From assembly GCA_965223845.1 (NCBI GenBank), contig CBDCXR010000004.1, forward strand, positions 1,824,001 to 1,888,000: a stretch of 64,000 bases of DNA, read 5' to 3'. Shown here piece by piece: positions 8,601 through 17,166 of the stretch. Source of the DNA: Planctomycetota bacterium (GTDB lineage Bacteria > Planctomycetota > UBA8108 > SXIK01). The stretch's first letter is position 1. Each line of letters starts with the position of its first letter. A program made the position numbers and the translations under genes. The notes under the pieces are model-generated. The model was not told the origin of the DNA. It did not search any database and was given only the letters and a program-made list of their open reading frames with translations.

Positions 8601-10362
8601 CGTCGAAAGCGATGCGCACCGTCACCAGGTCACCCGAGTTGTCGTTCGTATCGAGGCTCTGCGTGTTCGTTCCCCACATCAGCTCGTTCGTCCGCACCTG
8701 AAGCACGGCCGTCTCGGCGGCAACTCCGTTCCCGAGCCACACGCTGAATCCCGGTGACGAACCGCCCTGATCCGTCACGCGAAGACGAGTCTCGAACGTG
8801 TACGAGGTCGTGTCGTCGACTTCGGTCGCCCAGGCCGAGGTCCCTGTCGGTTGGCGCACGTCGTGACCGCCGCCTACCCCGACTGTGTCGATGCGCAGTA
8901 GACCACCCGAGACCTCGAGCGACGGCGGCTGGCCAAAGTTCCAGCTCGTCTCCTGCCAGCCGTCTGCCGCTCCCTCGACGGACGGAATCTCTCCGTCCGT
9001 GTCGAAGAGGAGCTTATGCGCGAGCTCGGATGCGTCGCGCGTACCGTCGTCCGGTTCGTAGATGCCGGTCGCATCCCAGCGAACGTAGTCGACTTCTGCG
9101 TCGACCTCATTCGAGCCGCCGAAGTCGACGAGGATCACCCAGTTGTTCGCCACCTGGATGTCGCCGGGCCCGAGGTCGGTCGCGATTTCGACCCCGTTTC
9201 GCCACACCGTCGCGAGGCCCGTCGCCCCGTCATGACCGATGCGCACGGTGACGAAGTCCGACGAGTTGTCCCCTTCGTGGATCGTCGTGTTTCGGCCCCA
9301 ACGGATGTCGTTCATCCCCACGATCGCGACTGCCGTCTCGCTGGCTTCCCCGTTCCCGAGCCAGATCGTGAAGCCCGGGTCCGCACCGCCTTCGTTCGTC
9401 ACGCGAACGCGTGCTTCGAACGTGTAGGACGTCCCCGGATCCACCTCTGCCGCCCACGCCGAGGTGTCCACCGGCTGGCGCACGTCGTGACCGCCGCCCA
9501 CGCCGACCGTCTTCACCGTCAGGAGCCCACCAGCGACCTCGAGCGACGGTGGGTTCCCCGGAATGTTCCAGCCCGTCTCCTGCCAACCGTCTGCGGCGCC
9601 CTCCACCGACGGAATCTCGCCGTCCGTATCGAATTCGAGCGCGTGGGGGAATGTCGAGGAGTCCTTCGCCGCAGGCGTAAATGCTCCCGTCGCGTCCCAG
9701 CGAACATAGTCCACTTCCGCCGCTACCTCGTTCGCGCCCCCGAAGTCAGCGAGAATCACCCAGTTGTTGGCGCTCTGGATCTCGGTGGAACCGAGGCCCG
9801 TCCCGACCTCCACCCCGTCTCGGTACACCGTCGAAAGACCGGCCCCCGCGTCGAAAGCGATGCGCACCGTCACCAGGTCACCCGAGTTGTCGTTCGTATC
9901 GAGGCTCTGCGTGTTCGTTCCCCACATCAGCTCGTTCGTCCGCACCTGAAGCACGGCCGTCTCGGCGGCAACTCCGTTCCCGAGCCACACGCTGAATCCC
10001 GGTGACGAACCGCCCTGATCCGTCACGCGAAGACGAGTCTCGAACGTGTACGAGGTCGTGTCGTCGACTTCGGTCGCCCAGGCCGAGGTCCCTGTCGGTT
10101 GGCGCACGTCGTGACCGCCGCCTACCCCGACTGTGTCGATGCGCAGTAGACCACCCGAGACCTCGAGCGACGGCGGCTGGCCAAAGTTCCAGCTCGTCTC
10201 CTGCCAGCCGTCTGCCGCTCCCTCGACGGACGGAATCTCTCCGTCGACACTGAATTCGAGACCGTGTCCGAATGCGCTCGAATCTCGCTTGCCATCGATC
10301 GCGAACACCGTCGTTCCCAGGGCGATGCTCGCGATCACGGCCAAAATGTTCGACTTGAACAT
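5650..10362 (-). CDS. Large secreted protein: 6 copies of the unnamed ~200-aa repeat domain, 2 FN3 domains, C-terminal dockerin-like domain
   Basis: Signal peptide MFKSNILAVIASIALGTTVFA and RBS AAAGGAG upstream. Repeats bounded by H.L.F..DGE.PSVEGAADGW ... DYV.WD.TG...P. C-terminal GDCNVDGTRNLSDVI...DVSGNGAFDINDVISLARYLF. Confidence 0.92.
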   Translation of the reverse strand: MFKSNILAVIASIALGTTVFAIDGKRDSSAFGHGLEFSVDGEIPSVEGAADGWQETSWNFGQPPSLEVSGGLLRIDTVGVGGGHDVRQPTGTSAWATEVDDTTSYTFETRLRVTDQGGSSPGFSVWLGNGVAAETAVLQVRTNELMWGTNTQSLDTNDNSGDLVTVRIAFDAGAGLSTVYRDGVEVGTGLGSTEIQSANNWVILADFGGANEVAAEVDYVRWDATGAFTPAAKDSSTFPHALEFDTDGEIPSVEGAADGWQETGWNIPGNPPSLEVAGGLLTVKTVGVGGGHDVRQPVDTSAWAAEVDPGTSYTFEARVRVTNEGGADPGFTIWLGNGEASETAVAIVGMNDIRWGRNTTIHEGDNSSDFVTVRIGHDGATGLATVWRNGVEIATDLGPGDIQVANNWVILVDFGGSNEVDAEVDYVRWDATGIYEPDDGTRDASELAHKLLFDTDGEIPSVEGAADGWQETSWNFGQPPSLEVSGGLLRIDTVGVGGGHDVRQPTGTSAWATEVDDTTSYTFETRLRVTDQGGSSPGFSVWLGNGVAAETAVLQVRTNELMWGTNTQSLDTNDNSGDLVTVRIAFDAGTGLSTVYRDGVEVGTGLGSTEIQSANNWVILADFGGANEVAAEVDYVRWDATGAFTPAAKDSSTFPHALEFDTDGEIPSVEGAADGWQETGWNIPGNPPSLEVAGGLLTVKTVGVGGGHDVRQPVDTSAWAAEVDPGTSYTFEARVRVTNEGGADPGFTIWLGNGEASETAVAIVGMNDIRWGRNTTIHEGDNSSDFVTVRIGHDGATGLATVWRNGVEIATDLGPGDIQVANNWVILVDFGGSNEVDAEVDYVCWDATGIYPPPGGDCDDIAPAAPTGLIAAPGVGAIGLDWDSNVEEDVVGYNVYGSDTTGGPYDLIAEAVSSSDFVDMSLADGAPRFYVVTAVDNCDNESDPSDESSATEGFGEVLDADQFTHCLTFDIEGEFPSVEGAADGWTESASWNATEGEPPTLAVSGGVVQFNSVLPGQHSVDQPAGGASAWSTEIDGSTSFTFETSIRVASSEGGAILWIANGSNRLILRIYPDRVARFSDETLREGDNMTNFVTIRIGYDGISKRYWVWRNGFEIGAGLAPQADTGRTAIFLIDCCSSTQAEGEMDYVCWDGEGIFPPATQIDDVPPGPPTGLTAVGGVNVVALDWDTNPEDDVASYNVRRSAVTGGPYDLIAEGVLASEYIDDDVTNGVESFYVVTAVDTSGNESGDSDEASATPNAPEPRGAGGFHCLTFDTDGQLPSVEGAEQGWAEDAPWNANDPDPPTLAVFGGRLVFDSVLGGQQAITLGDGSTWEESIDANVSYTFEVRMKVAASSGDNGGVILWLANGSTRFILRVDTMGTFAWPDIPLDANENASDFVTFRIGYDAVSGLYFVWRDGVLIGNGLPPQAAAAGGRTAVFLIDCCSSVQVTGEFDHVCWTSTGIFGPAGTPVLAGDCNVDGTRNLSDVICGIHVLFPGFFLLADPVEPPCGTGEGTDAILDVSGNGAFDINDVISLARYLFDGGAPPVQGVDCFGVVEAFDCAGSDGCPADIP
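7810..8997. repeat. 1188-bp near-identical intragenic direct repeat, left copy
   Basis: Matches 9058-10245 at an offset of 1248 bp; shadow ORFs are duplicated at exactly this offset (7982/9230, 8163/9411, 8433/9681). Differences noticed: DYVCW vs DYVRW and AGTGL vs AGAGL codons. Confidence 0.93.
9058..10245. repeat. 1188-bp near-identical intragenic direct repeat, right copy
   Basis: Matches 7810-8997; the copies are separated by a unique 60-bp linker (8998-9057). Confidence 0.93.
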
Positions 10363-10419
10363 CGGCTGCTCCTTTCAGACCCTCGTATCTTCCTCAAGGA
10401 CCCGCGACCCACGGATGCT

Positions 10420-11211
10420 TCAGGTAGTTTCCTCGTTCGATGAGATCGCCTGATCTCGATTGCGTTTCGTGTAGTCGAGAACGTACTGCCGCCCGATTCG
10501 GATGTGCTCGAGCATCCATTCCCGCGCGCCGTCGCTGTCTCGAGCGCGAAGGAGGGCGACGAGACGTCCATGTCCCCGGTGCGTGGATTCAGCGGCTTCA
10601 CTCGTGAGCAGATCGGGTTGCGTGCGTACGGGCGCAAAGGCTGACGCCACGAGGAGAAGATCGGAGACGATCTTCGTAAGCCAGCGGTTCCGCGCCGCCC
10701 GAACTAGCGCGATGTGAAAACGCTCCTCGTTGGCGCCCCATCGCGACGCTTGTTCGGTCGTCGCAGCCGCTCGTTCGTTGACCGCGATCTCGTCGATGAG
10801 CTCGCGCCACTCCGCGAGGAGGTGGTCGAGCTCGTCGAGTTCGTGTTGAGTGATATGGATCGCGGCCTCGGCCGCGGCAAACGGCTCGAGGTTCTCGCGC
10901 AGATCGTAGAGCTGAGCGAGCTCGACGCGCGAGAGTGTGCGCACGTACGCACCGCCGCCGCGGACGTACTCGACGAGTCCTTCGCTCGCGAGCTGATTGA
11001 TGGCTTCGCGAACGGGCGTGAAGCTCGTTCCGAGCTCCTCCGCGAGAGCGCGATTGACGAGACGCGTTCCGGGAGGGAGATCACCGCGAGCGAGCCGGAC
11101 TCGGAGCTCGTCGTAGGCACGTCGAGCGAGTGTGTCTTTCAATCTCGATCCCTCTGTGGAGGGGGACGAAAAAGGGGTTCGGACCGCGGGGCGGTCGACC
11201 GACAGCGGCAT
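10420..11211 (-). CDS. GntR-family (FadR/FCD-type) transcriptional regulator
   Basis: wHTH: AYDELRVRLARGDLPPGTRLVNRALAEELGTSFTPVREAINQLASEGLV. FCD: LYDLRENLE...NEERFHIALVRAARNRWL...H..LVALLRARDSDGAREWMLEHI. Start moved from 11253 to the ATG at 11211 because the upstream stretch is promoter-like; the start is uncertain. Confidence 0.93.
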   Translation of the reverse strand: MPLSVDRPAVRTPFSSPSTEGSRLKDTLARRAYDELRVRLARGDLPPGTRLVNRALAEELGTSFTPVREAINQLASEGLVEYVRGGGAYVRTLSRVELAQLYDLRENLEPFAAAEAAIHITQHELDELDHLLAEWRELIDEIAVNERAAATTEQASRWGANEERFHIALVRAARNRWLTKIVSDLLLVASAFAPVRTQPDLLTSEAAESTHRGHGRLVALLRARDSDGAREWMLEHIRIGRQYVLDYTKRNRDQAISSNEETT

Positions 11212-11228
11212 GTGTGCAGCGCCGATCA

Positions 11229-11255
11229 TGTTATAACACGCAATAATAATCAATA
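11229..11255. promoter_or_regulatory. AT-rich divergent promoter region with perfect palindrome TGTTATAACA (candidate GntR operator overlapping an extended -10)
   Basis: TGTTATAACA at 11229-11238 reads TGnTATAAC on both strands and fits the GntR-family GT-N(x)-AC operator pattern. It is followed by CAATAATAATCAAT in an otherwise GC-rich sequence. Confidence 0.6.
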
Positions 11256-11396
11256 GCGAATCCGGGAGAACCTCGGAATTGAGGTGCGCCAGGCCGGCCG
11301 GATCCGGGAGAGAATACGGGGCCTCCGCCGACCACGACTCCGTGAGAACGACGAACTCTCGTGCTTGAATCCGGCTCTTCTACGACGATCTCGACG

Positions 11397-13454
11397 ATGG
11401 TCCGCCTGGCGCTCGTCCTCGCCGTCGGCTCTCGGATGACCGCGGCCGGATCGGACGTACGAGGGCCGACGCCGGTCCCGGATCTAGCCGCGTTCTTCGC
11501 GAAGTACTGCCTCGACTGCCACGACGACGAGACTCGTCGCGGCGATCTCTCACTCGAAGAGTTCGACGATCTCGGCGCCCTGAACGGTCCGAGGCTCGAG
11601 CTCTGGCGGCTCATCCGCGAGCAGCTCGAATTCGGCGACATGCCACCGACGAAGAGCGAGCAGCCGACGCCGGAGGAGCGTCGCGCGGCCGTCGACTCGA
11701 TGCGGTTGCGGCTCCTCGAGACACAGGAGCCCGGTGCGATCTCCGACGACAAGCTCGATCTCCCGCAGTTCGGAAACTACGTCGATCACTCGGCCCTGTT
11801 CGGCGCGAGGCGTCCTCGGGTCGACCCCGCACCCGCGCGCCTCTGGCGGCTTCGGCCCGCGATCTACACCTCCGCGATGGCGAAGTTCGCCGATCGCATC
11901 GGGCCGCTCGCGAACGGGCTCAATACGACGGACGGCTCGGAGTTTAAAGATTACGCGGCCGCGTACTTCCTCGACGAGGCGGCGACGGCGACGCTTCTCG
12001 CGAATGCGAAAACGATCGCTAGCGCCATGATCGGTCCCCGGTCAAAACTCCGCGTGTTTGCGCGTCTTGCAAAGAGTACGGGCGAAGTCGAGCGGGAACG
12101 AGTGGACTCCGCGGTGGAGTCCGGGTTTCGCACGATCGTCGGACGCGCTCCGAGTTCCGAGGAGCTCAAGCGCTACCGGGAGTTCTTTGGGCGAGCGATG
12201 GAGATCGCGGACGGCGAAACGGCGACGAAGGCCCTTTTAGCCGCGATCCTGGTGCAGCCGGAGGTGCTCTTTCGGACGGAGCTCGGGGATGGCCGAGTCG
12301 ACGCTCACGGACGCGTGCGCCTCGCGCCGGTAGAGATCGCGTACGCGCTCTCGTACGCCCTCGGGAACCAGCCGCTCACCGAGTTTCTGCGCGCCGCCAC
12401 GTCGGGGCGCCTCGCTACCGCCGACGGGGTCGCGGAGCACGTCCGCACTCGACTCCTCGATGAGTCTCCGCTTCACGATAAGAATCCCCGCGTCCTTCAG
12501 TTCTTTCGCGAGTACTTCAACTACCCGTTCGCGAACGAAGTGTTCAAGGACAAGCCCGAGGGCGGAGTCCACGAGCCGGCGCTGCTGGTGGGGGACCTCG
12601 AGCTCACGATCCGCGAGATCCTCAAGCGCGACCGTCGCGTGCTCGCAGAATTGTTGACGACGCGAGAGTACTACGTGAACGCACGGCTCAAGCGAAACAA
12701 AGAGAGTAAGTCCTACTCGCTCGAGCGCGCCCACGATCGGAAGTGGCCCTACCACGCGACCTTCGGTCTTCCTCTCGACTGGAAGTGGGCGGCGGAAAGA
12801 CAGCCCGTCAAATTCCCGCGAGACGAACGCGCCGGCGTGCTGACTCATCCCGCGTGGCTTGCCGCCTGGTCGGGCAACTTCGACAACCATCCGGTGCAGA
12901 GAGGGAAATGGATACGGACGCGTCTCCTCGGCGGCACCGTGCCGGACGTTCCGATCGGAGTCGACGCGCGCATACAAGAGAGCGAGCACGAAACGCTTCG
13001 GGATCGACTCGAGCGAACGACGAACAAACCCGAGTGTTGGCGCTGCCATCGGAAGATGGACTCGCTCGGCGTCGCGTTCGAGCGCTACGATCACTATGGA
13101 CGCCATCGTCGCCTCGACGCTAATCAGCCGGTAGATGCGAGCGGGGCGGTGTCTCGGACGGGTGTCACCGATCTCGATAGTAAGTTCGAGGGGCCGACAG
13201 AGCTTCTGCGGCACCTCGCCGGATCGAAGCACGTAGAGCAAGTGTTCGTGCGTCACGTATTCCGGTTTTACATGGGACGCAACGAGACTTTGGGAGATGC
13301 GAACACGCTTCAAGACGCACACGCCGCCTATCGAGAGGGCGAGGGTAGTTTTCGCGAGCTCGTCGTCTCTCTCCTGAGCTCAGACTCATTTCTCTTTCGT
13401 AGCGTTCGCGAATTTCCCACGGAGCAAACGCCCGAAACCAGGGGACGCAGATGA
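11397..13454 (+). CDS. Planctomycete DUF1592/DUF1588/DUF1585-type cytochrome c domain protein
   Basis: N-terminal CLDCH with GDMPP; RAGVLTHPAWL...HPVQRGKWIRTRLLGG; CWRCH...LGVAFERYD. Alternative GTG start at 11361. Confidence 0.9.
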   Translation: MVRLALVLAVGSRMTAAGSDVRGPTPVPDLAAFFAKYCLDCHDDETRRGDLSLEEFDDLGALNGPRLELWRLIREQLEFGDMPPTKSEQPTPEERRAAVDSMRLRLLETQEPGAISDDKLDLPQFGNYVDHSALFGARRPRVDPAPARLWRLRPAIYTSAMAKFADRIGPLANGLNTTDGSEFKDYAAAYFLDEAATATLLANAKTIASAMIGPRSKLRVFARLAKSTGEVERERVDSAVESGFRTIVGRAPSSEELKRYREFFGRAMEIADGETATKALLAAILVQPEVLFRTELGDGRVDAHGRVRLAPVEIAYALSYALGNQPLTEFLRAATSGRLATADGVAEHVRTRLLDESPLHDKNPRVLQFFREYFNYPFANEVFKDKPEGGVHEPALLVGDLELTIREILKRDRRVLAELLTTREYYVNARLKRNKESKSYSLERAHDRKWPYHATFGLPLDWKWAAERQPVKFPRDERAGVLTHPAWLAAWSGNFDNHPVQRGKWIRTRLLGGTVPDVPIGVDARIQESEHETLRDRLERTTNKPECWRCHRKMDSLGVAFERYDHYGRHRRLDANQPVDASGAVSRTGVTDLDSKFEGPTELLRHLAGSKHVEQVFVRHVFRFYMGRNETLGDANTLQDAHAAYREGEGSFRELVVSLLSSDSFLFRSVREFPTEQTPETRGRR

Positions 13455-14851
13455 TCGGACCGCGACAAGTCTCCCGCAGAACGTTTTTTCGCGGTGCGGC
13501 GCTCGGCGCCGGCGGAGCGTACCTCGCGCCGTTTTTGCGAGGGCTCGAGGCCACGACGCGCGGGAGCGTCCGACCGCGAGTGCTCTTTTTTGTGCAGGGG
13601 AACGGTGTCTATCCGGACGAGATCCAGCCGAGCACGATCGCCCGGCCGAAGCGGCCGACGCAGGTCGAAGATCGGCCGCTCACGGATCATGAGCTACCCC
13701 CGAGTCTCGAGCCGCTCACGCCCTGGATCCATCGGATGACGTTTGTCCACGGGCTTTCGGGTCGCATCGCGCGCGGGAGTCATAACTCCGGTTTCGCGGC
13801 GCTCGGCTGCTGGCCGATGGGAAAGAAGGCTCACGGAGAAACGATTGACGCGGCCCTCGGGAGGAATCTCGCCGGCGTCTATCCGCACGTCGGGCTCGGC
13901 GTTTCGAACAAGCCTTCGTCGGTCACGTACAACTTGACGTCGACCGCACGGGGAAAAGCGCTCCCGACGCTGCTCGACCCGGTGCTCGCCCACCGCCAGT
14001 TCTTCGCTGCCGGGGCTCGCGGCGCCGCGCGGCGGGAATTCGACGTCGATACGAACCTTCTCGATTTTCTCGCGGACGACGTTCGACGAATGCGGGCGCG
14101 ACTCGACGGATCGGAGCGCGACAAACTCGACCGGTACCTGGAAGCGTTCGAATCGATGAGCGGACGCCAGGCGAAACTCGCGCGGATGTCCGAGCGGATC
14201 GCGCAAGCAGCGCCGAAGGTCGATACCTCGCTCGGTGAAATCGTCGACTCGAAGTCCGAACACACGGGTGTCTTCGATCGTCTCGACGCGCAGTTCGACA
14301 TCGCCGCCGGCGTGCTTCTCGCCGGATTGACGAACGTCGTCACGGTATCGGCCGGCGCCGGTCCGGACCGCATCGGTCTGAGCTGCATGGCAACTGAGGT
14401 CGGCGCAAGCGGCGGCTACGTCGGCGCGCACGCCATCGGACACGGAAGGGGACCTCACGGGAAGAATTCCGGCGAGTGGCATGCTCTGATCCGCCGGCGC
14501 TGCCTCGAGGGGCTCGCGCGAGTTCTCCGCACTCTGGAGTCCGTACCAGTGGGCAACGGGACAATGCTCGACCACACTCTCGTCGTCTACATGTCCGATT
14601 CGGCCGAAGGACATCATCCGGTTTGCGAGGAGTGGCCGTTCGTCCTCATCGGCGATCTCGGCGGTCGGCTCAACCTCGGCAATCGCTACTTGCGGTATCC
14701 GTGGTACGGGCAGCCCGGACACCGAACGATCGCGAGTCTCTACCTCTCTCTTCTACACGCGATCGGTGAACGGCGAGCGAGTTTCGGAGTGAAAGATTTC
14801 AATCTCCTCGATCTCGATCAGGAGGGGCCGCTCACGGAGATCATGGCTTGA
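13451..14851 (+). CDS. DUF1552 (HXXSHH) family protein with Tat-type signal
   Basis: [12 protein letters not shown] twin-Arg signal; [10 protein letters not shown]; GAHAIGH; [11 protein letters not shown]; ATGA overlap with the upstream DUF1592 gene, its canonical partner. Confidence 0.9.
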   Translation: MIGPRQVSRRTFFRGAALGAGGAYLAPFLRGLEATTRGSVRPRVLFFVQGNGVYPDEIQPSTIARPKRPTQVEDRPLTDHELPPSLEPLTPWIHRMTFVHGLSGRIARGSHNSGFAALGCWPMGKKAHGETIDAALGRNLAGVYPHVGLGVSNKPSSVTYNLTSTARGKALPTLLDPVLAHRQFFAAGARGAARREFDVDTNLLDFLADDVRRMRARLDGSERDKLDRYLEAFESMSGRQAKLARMSERIAQAAPKVDTSLGEIVDSKSEHTGVFDRLDAQFDIAAGVLLAGLTNVVTVSAGAGPDRIGLSCMATEVGASGGYVGAHAIGHGRGPHGKNSGEWHALIRRRCLEGLARVLRTLESVPVGNGTMLDHTLVVYMSDSAEGHHPVCEEWPFVLIGDLGGRLNLGNRYLRYPWYGQPGHRTIASLYLSLLHAIGERRASFGVKDFNLLDLDQEGPLTEIMA

Positions 14852-14853
14852 AC

Positions 14854-17166
14854 ATGAGCACGCGGCTCTTCTGCCTTCTCCTGATCTCGACCGCGGTCGC
14901 AGTTCCGGATTTGACCTTCGCCGAGCACCGCGTCGCGATTCTCATCGACAACCGATCGCTCGAGAGCGAAGAGGGCGCGCCCCCCGATGCGCGATGGCCA
15001 GAGTTCGCGGGCGTCCTCGAGCGGTACGGATTCCGCGTGCGTCGGCACCGAGGCCTCGACGAGCGCGAGCTGTCGTCCGTTCTCGAGGAGTTCGCGCGGA
15101 CGACTCCGACGCGGGGGACAGCGCTCGTCTACTTTTCGGGCCCGGTCGCGCAAAGCTCGGACGGAAACGATCCTCGGATCGTCCTCTCCGCCGCCGGGGG
15201 GAAACGTGGGCGCGGCTACGAACTTCAAAGGCTCATCCGCCATCTCAGCGAACGCGGTGGAAGCAGCCTTCAGATCGTGGTCGTCGACCCCACTGAAGGC
15301 GTGCGAGCAATCGAGGGTGCGATACCGCAAAGTTCGGTCGTCATCGTCGGGATCGACGGGGCGCCCCTCGGGACGTCGGGGAACGACGACGACCTGATCG
15401 CGACGCTTCGACGAAACGCCTCCTTCGCTCGTGCCAATCTCGCGCCGGGAGAAGTGCTCGTCGGTCGCGGATCGACGGCGATCGCGCCGCCCGACGTGGT
15501 TCCGGTCGGACAAGCCGCGGGCGACGAGTGGGTGAACTCCCGGGGAATGGTGTTTTGCTGGTGTCCCCCCGGACGTTTCGTGAGAGGAAGTCCGGCCGAC
15601 GAGCTGGGGCGCTATTCGGACGAGCGGCGCTCCGAGGTCGAGTTTGCCGTCGGGTTCTGGATCTCGAAATACGAAGTCACGCTCGGCCAGTGGCGAGGGC
15701 AGAGGTCGCGCGAGTGCATTGCCACGCACAAGAATCATCCCATGAACATGCTCAGTCAGTCGAAGGACACTCGCGACCGAGAGCTCAAGCCGCTCAATAA
15801 GGCGGAGCGCGATGCGGGACGCTTGCCTCTCGAGTGGGAGTACCGTCTCCCGAGCGAGGATCAGTGGGAATATGCCGCGCGGGCAGGAACGACGACCGCG
15901 TGGTCGTTTGGAAGCGAACCCGAGCATCTACCGGTCTACGCGAACTTCGGGGACAAGTCGTATTACGACACTCGTGAAATCGCGGCGAACGCGGCCCACC
16001 GCACTCTCGACGACGGCCGCGCGAAGCTCGCTCGAGTCGGCAGCTACCTGCCCAACGCGTGGGGTCTCCACGACGTTCACGGCAACGTCGCCGAATGGTG
16101 CCGCGGGGCGATGGTTCGCGGTGGATCGTGGGTGAGCACGCCTGCGAGCTGCCGGAGCGCGCACCGAATGAAGCACGGCGATCGCGACAAGCGAAACTAC
16201 ATCGGAGCGCGGTTCGTCGTAGAGCGAGTCGAGCGCTCGACCGCGATCGTTTCGCGGAAGCGCCCGGAGGACGATCCGACGGCGAGCAGCACGTGGATCG
16301 AGCTGAGGGGGCACACGGGATGGGTGAGCGACGTCGCGTTCAGCCGCGACGGGCGTCGCCTCGTCTCAAGTGGGCACGACGCAACCGTGCGGGTGTGGGA
16401 CGCTCGAAATGGCGACGGGCTAGGCGTGATCCGGAGATTCGACTCGGCGGTGACGAGGATCGCGTTTCTCGCGGGAGGTCGGCGCCTCGCCGCCGGAACG
16501 TGGAGCGGCCGACTCGAAATTCGAGACGCACGGTCGGGCGGGATCGTCCAGACGCTCGAAGGGCACACCGAAAACATCACGTCCTTCGCTTTGGACGAGC
16601 CCCACGGCCGACTGGCCTCCGGGAGCGGAGACGATACACTTCGAGTTTGGAGCTTGGCGGACGGCGAAGAGACTCTCGCCCTCGCCGGTGACAACGAGTA
16701 CGACGTCACCGCCGTGGCGTTCAGTCCGGACGGAGCGCGGATCGTCTCCGGTGACGGCGAGAGCGCGCTCAGGGTTTGGGGCACCGAGAGCGGCGACGAG
16801 CTATTCACGATCGAGGGTCACGAGGCCGCGATCTCGGCAGTAGCATTTCGGCCAGACGGGAAACGAATCGCTTCGGGAAGCTGGGACAAGACCGTGTTGA
16901 TCTGGTCGGAGAACGGCGAGTCGCTCCACATTCTGCGCGGCCACGACAGCGACGTAACGTCTATCGCGTGGAGTCGAGACGGGAAATGGCTCGCTTCGGC
17001 AAGCGAAGACAGAACCGTGCGCATCTGGAACGCGGACGAGGGCCGATCAGCGAAAACGCTGCGCGGCCACGAAGCGAGCGTCACTGCGGTCGCGTTCGAC
17101 CCGAACGGAAACCGCATCGCGTCGGCGAGCCGAGACGCCGTACGGATCTGGGACTGGCGCGAATGA
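14854..17166 (+). CDS. Secreted fusion: degenerate caspase-like (peptidase C14-like) domain, FGE-sulfatase (SUMF1-like) domain, WD40 propeller
   Basis: Signal peptide; RVAILIDN...LERYGFRV...ALVYFSGPV (caspase-like); NSRGMVF...[16 protein letters not shown]...[17 protein letters not shown]...RGGSW (FGE-sulfatase); about 7 GH...WD repeats. TTG at 14848 is an alternative start. Confidence 0.85.
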   Translation: MSTRLFCLLLISTAVAVPDLTFAEHRVAILIDNRSLESEEGAPPDARWPEFAGVLERYGFRVRRHRGLDERELSSVLEEFARTTPTRGTALVYFSGPVAQSSDGNDPRIVLSAAGGKRGRGYELQRLIRHLSERGGSSLQIVVVDPTEGVRAIEGAIPQSSVVIVGIDGAPLGTSGNDDDLIATLRRNASFARANLAPGEVLVGRGSTAIAPPDVVPVGQAAGDEWVNSRGMVFCWCPPGRFVRGSPADELGRYSDERRSEVEFAVGFWISKYEVTLGQWRGQRSRECIATHKNHPMNMLSQSKDTRDRELKPLNKAERDAGRLPLEWEYRLPSEDQWEYAARAGTTTAWSFGSEPEHLPVYANFGDKSYYDTREIAANAAHRTLDDGRAKLARVGSYLPNAWGLHDVHGNVAEWCRGAMVRGGSWVSTPASCRSAHRMKHGDRDKRNYIGARFVVERVERSTAIVSRKRPEDDPTASSTWIELRGHTGWVSDVAFSRDGRRLVSSGHDATVRVWDARNGDGLGVIRRFDSAVTRIAFLAGGRRLAAGTWSGRLEIRDARSGGIVQTLEGHTENITSFALDEPHGRLASGSGDDTLRVWSLADGEETLALAGDNEYDVTAVAFSPDGARIVSGDGESALRVWGTESGDELFTIEGHEAAISAVAFRPDGKRIASGSWDKTVLIWSENGESLHILRGHDSDVTSIAWSRDGKWLASASEDRTVRIWNADEGRSAKTLRGHEASVTAVAFDPNGNRIASASRDAVRIWDWRE

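Noticed and set aside
4176-10005. Long plus-strand ORFs (4176..5621, 6559..8757, 9016..10005)
   Set aside because: Antisense shadows of the minus-strand secreted proteins; Arg/Val-rich, motif-free and expected at this GC content.
7810-10245. Duplication considered as IS copies or a CRISPR-like array
   Set aside because: It is in-frame coding sequence of a protein domain pair, with no terminal inverted repeats, transposase or short repeat-spacer structure.
11212-11253. N-terminal extension MIIIACYNMIGAAH of the GntR ORF
   Set aside because: It runs through the AT-rich promoter/operator-like sequence and is probably not translated.
15520-16230. FGE-sulfatase domain as the maturase for the sulfatase at 54274
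   Set aside because: It lacks the two-cysteine catalytic core of true formylglycine-generating enzymes and lies about 38 kb away.
16776-17162. 129-aa N-terminal extension of the second DUF1592 ORF
   Set aside because: It overlaps the WD40 coding region in another frame; the ATGA-coupled start at 17163 gives a proper signal peptide.
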